A DNA stretch of 20,000 bases from Halocafeteria seosinensis (Eukaryota): assembly GCA_001687465.1 (NCBI GenBank), contig LVLI01000282.1:52764-72763 (forward strand). Reading direction: 5' to 3'. Of the stretch, positions 9,949 to 20,000 are shown one piece after another. Under the pieces are notes generated by a model. The model did no database searches. It was given only the letters and a program-made list of their open reading frames with translations, and was not told the DNA's origin. A program made the translations under genes and the position numbers. Positions within the stretch are counted from its first letter, which is position 1. Each line of letters begins with the position of its first letter.

Positions 9949-11114
9949 GTGTTTGGTGAGCTGTTTATCTTCCACAAGAACAGAACGGAAGTGCTGCGCG
10001 GCGAGTAGTTGGATATTCTTCCTAATGGTATCCACGAGCGCTCCGAGAACCGACTGCAACAGTGGTACCACAGACGTCTGCATTTGTTTTACAATTCGTA
10101 GAAAGTGTAAGAATTCCACTCGAGTTCCACGCATGGAGTTAATCAAAAATCAAAACAGTTTCCAAAAATTTCATGACTCTCCTACTTTGTTTGGTAGGAT
10201 TGTGTCAAAAGTTTCATGATTTCTTACACAATTACCTTACAACAGTTAGCCACCGGTTATCAGCCTTACGTTCCTCCTTTAGGTGGTATCCTTCCCGTGC
10301 CTGACACCTCCGGTTTGGGTCATAGTCCCCACCCACCCAATGGCCACCGCGGTAGGGTGGGGTTCATTCAACCTGGCTTTTACAAGGTTGTCACTGATTC
10401 TCTGCCTACTTCTATTGGGTCGGACGATCGTTTTCGACCGTTGTGAGAAGGGAAACTCTCAGCGGAACCTGGAAGAGGTGAGTAACATGGATTATGGACG
10501 CCTGATTTGACCCCACCGCCCCGAAAAACTCATGTTGGAGGAGTTGCTTCTTTTCGTTCCAATGCTGGCATTTTCGGTCCTTCCAGTCCCACCTGAGGCT
10601 TACCATGTGGAAGACTATTGATTTCTATTGCCCACAGTGCGGCAGTCTCTTGGAGAGCTGGTGTCTGTTGAATGTGGCAGGGGCGAAAGGAGTCCGGAGC
10701 CGATACATGCTTCATTTGCCGAGCTTGATTGCTGGCTTCCTCCCTCCTGTAGCGCCCATTTGATGGCACGACATCTTATTCTATCCATGTTGGTTTCCTC
10801 ATGGCCGAAGGGTTTGCTTCCATGTAGACGAGAACGAGTGTATGGACGGCAGGAAGCCATCAACGTAGTGAAGCGGTCACACGGCCCTGCTCGACTACCC
10901 TTAGTATTCCTTTTTGTATTTTTGAACTTGGTGGAAGCTTCAATTTGATAGACGTGGGAGGGATATATGATGTTTTGGGCAAGGTGCAAATGTTACCAGA
11001 AGGACGTTTGATTTCTTTTGTTCGGTTTGTTGCAGGCACGTTACTCTATCGAAGGAAAAGAGTGCATGTCGTACAGTCGAAGTTGCAATTAAGACTATTA
11101 CGACTCGGGATAAA

Positions 11115-14100
11115 ATGCCTCGAAAACGCAACAAATCCAGTTCCAACACTGCTGCCAATCGATCCAAGGAATCAGGCTCTCAAGCTCAGCAGAAGCAAAA
11201 CACGAGCGCAAGGGTGGATACGTCTGCCTCGGCGCCTTCCCGGAAGGCGACAAAGCAAGCTGCACCTGCACCGAGTCGGCATGATTCCAGTGATGATGAC
11301 AGCAGTCTCGAAGACTTGACTGATGAAGCTCCCTTGGTCAGGGACAATAAACGTAACCGAACCATGTCTGCGGAAGGTATGAATGAATGAGTGTCATTTG
11401 CTGATGAGTGCAATCTCACCAGTCGATCCCATCTTCTTGTACAGAGACGAGGAGTTACTATGCGTCTGTCGGACCAAGCGGGATGGCGTCCCAGCCAAGT
11501 TCTGAGGAGGGATACGGAAGTGCTCATCGTTGCCCAGAATGCGAACTAGTGCATCGGCTATCAAGTTCTTCTGAATATGCTAGTATGTACAATGAGGTGA
11601 TCCCAGGGGATCCTATATCTTCACGAAGCCTTAACAATGCTGCAGATGAGTTCCGCAAATTCAGTTCAGGAAAAGGAGCAAAGTTCAAGCAGCTCCGGAA
11701 AAAACTGAAAGAGGGACAACGTTCGAAACAGGGTTCCGCGCCTTGGTATAAAGAAGGGTTGATGGAGCTTCAAGAGGAATTGGACGGAATATCGCCTGAA
11801 GAGTTGTCTCGGCACTACGAGCATCTACAGTCGTTGAGAAGTCACTCTCACTCGCACAAAGACGACAGAGATCGTACCGATATCGATGAGTACATCGAAG
11901 TACCGAAGAATGGGAGAGAAGATCGGTTCCCTCCGAAGAGTAGTACAGGTGATAGAGAAACGTGGAGCTCCTGGCATTTTCATGATCTGGTTGATGATGC
12001 CGGTTTGGATGACCAAGAGGACGAGGAAGAATTTGATGAAGATGATGACTTGGATGATGAAACATCTTCCGAGAAGGAGATAATTTCAAATCTGCCATCA
12101 TCTGCCTCTGCAGGTTTATTTTCTTCACCTGGGAACAGCCAGTATATTTATTGGAATGGGAAAAAGCACTGGTTGCTATTGAAAGAGGGAGTCCACATTA
12201 TCCTCGATCGGTTGCTTGGAAAGACATCCCCCCAGGTAGCATCCAAATGTCCAGTGTATGGGAGACTTTCTCGTATTGAGAAAAGAGCAGCGGTTCTAAA
12301 GTTTGCTGCTCATTTGGTGCTTCGCAAACCGTTCCCTCGGGACGTCATTGTTGATTCGATTAGCTCTGGTATCTATGAAGCGTGTGAGCAGGAGGCGCTG
12401 TTGGAGTCGCCAGAAGCAGACGAAAAGCTTAACAATGGTGGGGCGAATAGTAAGAAAAAACTGAGCCGGATTCCTTTTATGCAGAAGGTAATGGGAGAAG
12501 CTTTAAAGGACCTGCTGAATAATAGTCCTGATACGGAAGATGAGAAAATCATCAAGGCTTTAACGCAGTGCAAGGCCTCGGATGTCTACATCGCTGACGC
12601 TATCGATAGGATGAGGGATATTTGGTTGAACAGATCTGTGGTCTTATTTTTTGATAATTTGATGGAGTATGATAAGCCCTGCGGTGCTATATACAATGCA
12701 CATGTAGAAGAGCGCTTGTCCATAGATTATTTCCTTGCTCCTCCTCCAGAGTTCGATGAACAAGATGAACGGCTTGTAATGGAGGCCATCCGAATTGACG
12801 AGGAGGAGGCGGGAAAGGAAACAGTCTTTGCTGCAAATCTCAAAAAAGCATTAAAGCTCGCCCGCCAATCCATGAAGCAGCGACAAAGAGAAAAAGATGG
12901 TAGTACTGCTGCCTTAACGGCTGGTGTCAAGGAAACACTAGGTTTAAACCGGGATGCTGCTGCCATCAGCGATGAGCTGAGGGGCCAATATGGAATGGAA
13001 TGCATAGGAGCCTTGTTGCAGCAATTGTACGGCTCTACGAAGGAGGCCAAGGAAAAGTCTAAAGAAGATAACGATGGTGAATCAACCCTTTCTACGGGCT
13101 CGGAGAGTGGGGATGAATCTTGGGAAGAAAACTCAGTAGATTCTGCTTCTGGCAAGCCTCACCCCCGAGACTGGTGGCTCGATCAACCGTGGCTCACAAG
13201 GCATTGCAATGTTGCCCCCTCTGCTATGCTTTCAGCGTTACGAGATCGTCCTGCATCCTGGTATCAACTGTGGATGCGACTATCTGATTCAGAGAAGAAA
13301 AATATCGCTAAGCTTAGCGCTGCTGAGACATGCGATGTGATTGACTCTCAGCCTTTATGGCTTTCTCTGCGCGGTATGGTTGGATGCAATCTCTACAGAG
13401 ATGGGGTTTGGCCCATCATCAGTAACGATGGACACTTATCCTGTGTCCGATTTCAGAAACAGAACAAGGAAGCGTTTTGGTACCTGGATGAAAACAATAT
13501 GAATTTGGCTTCCTTGTTTCCTTTATTCATTTCGTGGTCCCGCACAGTCAGCTGCAATGTGCGCAACGAGCTCCGTTCCATGGGCAGGCACATGGCCAAT
13601 GGAAGACCTACGGAGGTTTCTGCTGCAATCCAGAGTCATTTGGAAAATGCTATCGCGACTTTCGTGTTGTTTAAGGTTGTAGCACATAGTATGGCTACGC
13701 ATGCCGAAACTATAGCCGGCAAAGTTGGCAAACTACTCATCGAGGAAGAAGAGCAGCTCAAAGACACCGAGGAAGGTGGTGAAAAGAAGTCAAAGAAGGC
13801 GAAGAAAAAGCAGAAGCAAAAGGCGAAGAAGAAAGCTGCGGAAGAAGAAAAGAAACGAAAACAAGAGGAGGAACGCAAAAAGAAAGAGGAGGAGGAACGG
13901 CAACGCAAGGAGCAAGAGCGAGAAAAGCAGGCTGAAATTGCGCGCCAGAAGAAACTGGAGCGAGAGAAACGAGAGAAACTTGAATGGGAGCATCAGATTG
14001 AAATCCAGGAAAGAGAACTAAGACAGCATAATAACCTAAACAAAAGCAACATGGCGAGTGAGATAGAAACGTCTGCAGTGAAGTCAGCAGGGGTTGAACA

Positions 14101-15931
14101 ACCAAATGTTGATATCGTGACTGGGAGCAACGCTCCGGCTGACAAGGGTAAACAGAAAGCGGGGAGTTCATCGACTAAGAAAGATCAAAAGGAACAGTCT
14201 AGTAACCGTTCAGGTACTGCGAAACCTCCTCTTCCCCAGCTTCATACTGTGAGAGGTCAGGGGCAGTCTATTCCCAGCAGCGTCTCAAACAAGCCAAACG
14301 AGGAACAGCAAAAAGTCGATGAAAAACCGGAAGAGGCTTCACGGAAAATAGCGAATCAAAAACAGACTTCAGCTAAGAACCTTCCCTCCAACGAGAAAGG
14401 TTCTTCAAAGACACCCTCGTCGCAGCTTGAGAAGAGTTCAAACAAGGTTCAACAAGATAGCGCCAAACAAGCTCCACCGAAAAGCAGCGTCCAACAACAG
14501 CAGCACCCTTCGGCTAAACCTGGAGCACCGCCGGAGAAGAATCTTCCCAAGAACGGTTCGCAACATGAAAAGCAAACTGGGAAGAATGCGCAATCGAATG
14601 ACAAGAACGCTCGCAAGACGTCTCAACCTCCTCAAACTAAACAACCGCCAGTCCAGCGACAGCAGGCGAACACAAACGCTGTCGAGCATCGAAATTCGAA
14701 GCAACAGGCTCCAGTGGCAAAAGTGGATTCGAAGAAATCCGCTCAGCCTCCGCATCAATCGAAAGCTAAGAAGGATGTTGATCCAAAGGTCCCCCGAACG
14801 AACGGGGCTCAAAGCAACGGGTGGGGAAGACAACAATCCACCCCTTCCAGACCGAATAAGCAGTATACCATCAAGACTCCCCCGCGATACCACCGAGCCT
14901 CGACTGCATCGTCTGAAGAATCTCCCGAGAATCCTCTTCTGCACTCATTTTCAGCTGGGGATGCCGCTGCGCAGCAGCCTCCTCCCAGTCAAATGCCTTT
15001 TCAGAATTCTCTCTTTCCATTGAACTCTCAAGCACCGCAGTTCGATCCTCTACAAGGATCGACAAGTGGGGGAGATGCTGGAATGGGGACTGGGGCGCCT
15101 TCAGTTTCCGGTGGATGGGGAGCACCGCCAGACATGGACAAAGGATTGTCTACTCACGATTTCGGTATGGGATTCGGAGGCACTAACTGGGGATTCTCTG
15201 GGATGGATAACAGCTCGATGAATCTGCACGGTGGGGGATTTTCGAGTGCAATGGATTCATCGTCATTCCTACCGTCGTATGGTGGGACCAATGAGGACCC
15301 ATTGCTGGCCCCATCTTATTCCGCAGCGCCCTCCAACCCTGGGGTTCCTCCTGGTATGCACGACTCATCGTTTGGTATCGGCCACGGTGTTTCGGATTCT
15401 TACCAGCTTCCTTCTTCTCAACCGCCTGCAACGCAGTCAGTGTTCGCTAGGAGTACCAGTGAGCCAATGTCTGGTGCTGGTGGGTTGCTGTCGTCCTTCG
15501 GGGACAATGGAGATGACTTGGATTTGAACTACCGTCTCGGATTGAATCTTGATGGCCCCTCGCATTTCGGCTCGGGTGCCCACAGTCGTACAAATGGCTG
15601 GACTTCGATGTCGATGCTTGGAAGTGGAACCGAGGCACAGACCCAAAACCCTGTGCAACCACCTCCTGTGGCTAGTGCTGTTCCAGAGCCACCCGGCTTC
15701 GGCAGCAATGCCAATGCTCAAAAGCAGCCTCCCCATGCACAACCACCGCTGCAACAACAACCACCACCGTCATCGCAAGGGCATCATGTGCCCCTGTCTC
15801 CGTACACTCAGAGTCAAAACGATGATACTGTTCCCTCCTTCCTTCTCTCTACACTTCCTTCGGAAGTGTCCAGCGAGCTCGATCTGAACCTCGGACTAGG
15901 CCTGTCATTCGATGGCGTGCGGGATGAATAA
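11115..15931 (+). CDS. Large hypothetical protein, 1582 aa, weakly Nst1-like, with central K/E-rich coiled coil and Q/P/S/G-rich disordered C-terminus; exons 11115-11376 and 11445-15931
   Basis: A 4.5-kb open frame is joined to an upstream exon (MPRKRNK...) by a phase-1 intron at 11377-11444 (GTATGA..TACAG, 68 nt). It contains acidic tracts, WYQLWMRLSDSEKKNIAKL, and LLIEEEE followed by KKSKKAKKKQKQK and an EEERKK-type charged helix. The CDS is confident; the function is not. Confidence 0.85.
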
Positions 15932-16313
15932 AAAAATGAGGAGAAAGGATAACCCGATCTGTACTATCACCGACCCCCAAACGAAATACACTTGTTGAAG
16001 CATAAATGCTGCGTAATATTCCCCAGAATCTGCTTAGGTAGTGACGGCAAAACTCGGTTTCGCCGTTCCCTCTAGGCACATGTTGCTGTCCATTCACTCC
16101 CCTTCGGACATTGTCTGTACATGGTCAAATTTAAGTCTAGTCTCCGATGGACTTCTCCGTATACCGTGGAAAGAGCCCTGCAATGCCTGCATGTATTGAA
16201 GAGGGAATATCTATGTTGAAGTTGGCGACAAGCACATGACTAGTCCAGTTTAATGCGCTGATTTTGGGTTGATGATTACAGAGACCGTCTGTATCATTTT
16301 AACTGTCTGTACT

Positions 16314-16333
16314 TGTGTGTGTGTGTGTGTGTG
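16314..16333 (+). repeat. (TG)10 microsatellite
   Basis: Perfect TG dinucleotide run read directly, ending 20 nt before the ATG at 16354. Confidence 0.95.
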
Positions 16334-16353
16334 ACGCGCGAACAGAGAGGGCC

Positions 16354-18441
16354 ATGAAAATAGCACGCGTAGGCAAAGAGACGCTTCTGCAGAGAGGGTG
16401 TTCTGCCACACGATGCCGTCCTTTGACGCCATTATGCTCCTTTTCCAGCTCTTCTAGCGCCTCTAGGAGCTCTCATAAACCTTCCTCTGCCTCCTCGGCG
16501 GCATTCACGTCGACACACAAGCGCCCAGCTTCGCAGGCGGCGGCACCAGCGGGGGTTCAATTGCGAGCCAATTTGCTCCAGGAGGAGGAACAACGCCCGT
16601 CTAAAGTTCAAATCGGGAAGGACGCTGTGTATTTGACATGGGAAAATGGGGTGAAAACCGCCATTCTAACAAGCGTTTTACGCGCTAATTGGTACGTGCA
16701 CGGGAACCATGTATTTTTTGGAGATAGCCATTCTGTAGAGTTAATACTTGATGGATGGAGAAAAGCTTAAACTCTTTAAACAGTTTAACGTTTACAATAC
16801 TTAAAGATTTGACCATGTTTGTGTATCTGCAGTTTTTGCTCCCTCTGTCGTCATTTGGAAACCAACCAACGTCACTATGATATTGGGCTTCGATTGTCGA
16901 CGGATGGAGACGGCCCTGATGTTGAGGAAGCTCATCTTGGCACCGAAGATGGTATTGCTCTGGAAGTTACGTGGCGAGACCCTATTGGATCGCAAGAGAG
17001 CGAGCAGTACGACACAGTTGACTTTCGAGGTCGGCGGTGCAAGTTGCATCACTCTCGATACAGCTACAACTGGCTGATTCCTCGTCTTCAACCGACCGAG
17101 GCCAACCCCCTCGAAAACCACAGTGTTACGGAGAATATTCAATATGCTCACATGACTGATGAGCACGATGTAAGTGCTTTGCGAGACGAGGGCATTCAAG
17201 TAGTAAAGCTGCCAACCGAAAATCCCCATGGTGGTGAGAACTCAATCTGCCTTTGGGACCATACAATGGGGGCACTCACAGAAGCTGGGTCTTCAGCATC
17301 AGAAGTAGCTCAATTCCCGAAGTTTCCTTTCCGTCATGTTGTCAATGATAGTGAGGAGACAACTGAAGAGCTTATTTCTGTGTTGGATGCTTTCCACAAG
17401 TATGGGTTCTTCGTCCTAAAAGGCGCACCTACCGAGGAAGGAGTAGTGGAACAGATTGCCAACAAATTGGGATATGTGCGGCCAACGCATTATGGACGCG
17501 TAAGTGCTTGCCAAAATTCTTGTATCGCTTTTCTTTGCTTAGCCGCGTAAACTCTGTTCTCCATACAGTTGTTTAGCGTCAAATCTAAAAAAGTGCCAGA
17601 GTCTCTCGCTTACACTTCAGGGAGGCTTGGGTTTCACACTGATCTTCCTTACCGCGAGGACACACCATCTATTCAGGTAAGTGCCAACGCTTTTCTCCAG
17701 AGGATTCGTCAGGGGAGATGAATAGCATGGTTTCTCTTACAGATGTTGCATTGCATAGAGAATGATTCAGAAGGTGGAGAGTCAACATTGGCGGATGGAT
17801 TCAAAGCGGCTGCGGATCTAGCACGTTATGATCCTGAATCGTTTAAGATGCTTGCGTTGAACTCCTTTGTTTTCACTTGGCAGGGAAAAGAAGGTGTCTA
17901 CTTAAAATCTCGGAAGCCCGTTATCCAAGCGTACATGGAGCAGATCAAAATGCTGGAAGAAGCAGTGCGAACTGGCGAATGGCCTCGTGTAGAAGGTTCT
18001 GAGGTTGTGTCTTTCAATCCCAGCAACCCCGCTGCTGACTCGCAAATGGATCCCGAAACGGCGGCTTACGCTGCAATCGCCCCAGCGCTTCAGGCAATTC
18101 ATCTTGATAATCGCAATATGTCAACCTCTGCAATTTACGACAGCGATCTACAACTGGGGAAGAAGCTAATGCAGGCCTATACGCGGTTTGTTCGACTTAT
18201 TGAAAGCCAGCGGTCTGAGTTGGCATTTAAACTACGCCCCGGCGAGGTGCTGTTTTTCAATAATCGTCGCTGTTTGCATGGCAGAAGAGAATTTGATCCT
18301 TCTACTGGTAACCGTCACTTGGAAGGCTGCTACATGGACAGCGACTTAATGTATTCGACATACCAGGCTGCCCATGCGAAAGTGTACGGTTCAGTGACTG
18401 ACTCGAGATTCACTCGGCCAGATCCCTCAATTGCTCGGTAA
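16354..18441 (+). CDS. BBOX1: Gamma-butyrobetaine dioxygenase-like (BBOX/TMLH family, TauD-like 2OG-Fe(II) oxygenase), 603 aa, probable mitochondrial presequence; exons 16354-16691, 16833-17499, 17569-17676, 17743-18441
   Basis: Splicing reconstitutes the N-terminal Zn motif LRANC-FC-SLC...QR plus HHSRYSYNWL. Catalytic motifs are SLAYTSGRLGFHTDLPY (HxD), IQ|MLHCI, GGESTLADGF, FFNNRRCLHGR and RHLEGCYMD. Introns are 16692-16832, 17500-17568 and 17677-17742, all GT..CAG. The HTD region resembles BBOX more than TMLHE. Confidence 0.88.
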
Positions 18442-18719
18442 ACACTGAGTACGTTATCTTTGTTTTCTCGGTTGGTTTCCGAGAGGACGGTTGTTATGTT
18501 TTCTCATTGGCTTAGTGATTGCGGAGAGGTACTGGCCGTACCTCTATGTATTATCGTATTCGTTCGTTCTTGCAATGATACCCCACTTTGTGGAGAGACA
18601 ACTTGTTCTTGTCCTCTATGCTGAAGGCGTATACCTTCGTTTATGGGTTGGGGTCCTAAATTCTAACAATCACACGGTTCACACAACCAATACAAGCTAC
18701 TATGGTTCTTCCTTTCGTA

Positions 18720-19371
18720 TCACGTCCTTCCGCTGTCTGTTTGCGGACGGTGCACTTTAATGCCCTCATATTCGTAGGTGTCGTATTTCGACTCTTCAGC
18801 CTGTTGTGGTTGCTCCTCACCGGCGGCGCAGCTGTCGGAGGGAGCCTGGTTCGCTGGTGTGAAATTATAATGCTCATTTTCCGGTTTTCCTAGTTCCTCT
18901 TCGTTCACTTTCATTTCTGCATGAGACATACCAAGTCCAATGCTATTCAACAGAGAGAGAAGAGGGCGAGGACTTACCGTAATTGCCTCGTTCATTCAAG
19001 CGTCCCTGCGCTACGTTAGCTGCCAGGAACTCTGCTGCTTCATCAAAGCCCTGCACTAATTGCCCTGCATGCATGTATGAGTGTACACGGTCATTACTGG
19101 TGTCGTCATCGTCTAATGGAGCCTGTAGAGACGTACATATCATTTCGGGATCATTTACGTGCTTGTTTTGGTCAATTTGATTCCTCGCTTCCTGACGTGC
19201 AATTCGAAGGGCATATTCGTCACCTTGGAATTTCTGCATGTTAATCTAAGACGTGTTAATATATGGTATATGCTTTCATATCTTCCGAATGTATGATATT
19301 CGACATACACGATGGCAGACGCGTAATAAGCGTCGATATCCAGCACGCACTTGTGCTGCCGTGGATGACAT
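18720..19371 (-). CDS. LYRM7: LYR-motif protein LYRM7/Mzm1-like (complex III Rieske chaperone), 147 aa; exons 19371-19309, 19233-19137, 19064-18978, 18916-18720
   Basis: Spliced product: MSSTAAQVRAGYRRLLRVCHR|KFQGDEYALRIARQEARNQIDQNKHVNDPEMIWQLVQGFDEAAEFLAANVAQGRLNERGNY|EMKV... It has the xYRxLLR, FxGD..AL and EA..FL..NVxQG...Y pattern of Mzm1/LYRM7. The three introns (75, 72 and 61 nt) have canonical ends. Confidence 0.85.
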
Positions 19372-19845
19372 TGTAGTTGTATGCTTCCCAACAGAAATAC
19401 ACAAAGAAAAGAACAGATTGAATCAGAACAGCGGAACACTAAACCAGAGTTCTACTGTATCACCAAAGCGTAACAGGAATCGACAACTCATAATGTGGTG
19501 TTGGATGGGAATTCTCAACTTCACAAACAATCAAGGAAGCAAACAAGCGTATACAGTACTGTAGGTATAGACCTACGGGCAACGTAAGGCAACATAACAC
19601 TACAGGAGTAAATGCACACTACTACACTGCAGAAATACTCCGAAGAAACTACAGCAGAGGACCACTCTCCCCGCCACCTGTAGCCTTTTGGCGGGTAGTT
19701 GTGAGTTCCGACGACCAGGGGGATCGAAATGGGTGGAAACAAATCTGGAAACAACAATCGTGTGTCGGAGAAACAGAAATGCCTCGCCTAGGACGTCAAG
19801 AAAAAGAAAAAGGAAAAGCATGAAAGTGCTTTGGAAATCCAAAGT

Positions 19846-19918
<73 letters not shown>
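19846..19918 (+). repeat. (GA)n microsatellite, about 36 units with one interruption
   Basis: GA run read directly, with a single G>A interruption at 19872. Confidence 0.97.
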
Positions 19919-19920
<2 letters not shown>

Positions 19921-20000
19921 TTGGGGCGAGACTTGATGAGTCGTTCCTCGGCTACATAGCTGTGGACCGGGTATCTCCCTGTATCTCGGTACAAGAACCG

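Noticed and set aside
10321..10369. RNase MRP-like P4 halves (AGTCCCC and GGGGTTCATTC)
   Set aside because: The halves are only about 30 nt apart and form a local hairpin. The GAAAG context and the intervening domains are missing.
10369..10390. U5 snRNA loop-I-like hairpin (GGCTTTTAC)
   Set aside because: It differs from the invariant GCCUUUUAC, the loop is 10 rather than 11 nt, and there is no Sm site at the expected distance.
10605..10763. FYCPQCGSLL resembling the RPA12/RPC11 zinc ribbon
   Set aside because: There is no second CxxC pair and no C-terminal QxRSADE ribbon in any nearby frame.
11401..11408. CTGATGAG hammerhead core or C-box-like motif in the intron
   Set aside because: There is no downstream GAAA with stems II/III and no D box within the 68-nt intron.
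4024..15887. Many antisense and alternate-frame ORFs inside the two long genes (e.g. 14427-15023, 5701-6219, 13758-14171)
   Set aside because: They are expected by-products of long, compositionally biased coding regions and show no independent motifs.
16692..16832. 141-nt intron, about twice the usual length, as a possible snoRNA host
   Set aside because: No proper C (RTGATGA) and D (CTGA) box pair and no clear H/ACA hairpins; it is just AT-rich.
16354..19371. Convergent BBOX-like and LYRM7 genes as a mitochondrial gene cluster
   Set aside because: They act in unrelated pathways, and adjacency of two mitochondrial genes in a compact genome is unremarkable without synteny evidence.
19688..19994. 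ORFs with RERERE and SLSLSL runs
   Set aside because: These are translations of the GA microsatellite, not evidence of proteins.
1..20000. Prokaryotic-type systems (operons, CRISPR arrays, IS elements, defence islands)
   Set aside because: The DNA is intron-containing eukaryotic sequence. I saw no spaced direct repeats, terminal inverted repeats, or transposase/RT/integrase motifs.

Overview
This is gene-dense eukaryotic nuclear DNA from a protist. The short GT-AG introns and GTACGT/GTGCGT donors suggest a stramenopile, but the taxon is not determinable here. I reconstructed six protein-coding genes and 16 introns by hand: (1) a partial coiled-coil protein on the minus strand running off the left edge and absent from the ORF track; (2) a 7-exon, 619-aa MidA/NDUFAF7-type SAM methyltransferase fused to C-terminal TPRs; (3) an unusually long CPSF160/CPSF1 (2037 aa); (4) a 1582-aa protein with weak Nst1-like motifs, a K/E coiled coil and a long low-complexity tail; (5) a 603-aa BBOX-like 2-oxoglutarate/Fe(II) dioxygenase with a probable mitochondrial presequence; (6) a 147-aa LYRM7/Mzm1-like protein. 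There are also (TG)10 and (GA)n microsatellites. I found no rRNA, tRNA, CRISPR or transposase signal, and no clearly multi-gene novel system. The best leads are the atypical methyltransferase-TPR, an unexplained hairpin-rich intergenic block at about 10.25-10.93 kb, and a 19-nt identity shared by intron 5' junctions in two unrelated genes. Family assignments rest on motif recognition from memory, not database searches.
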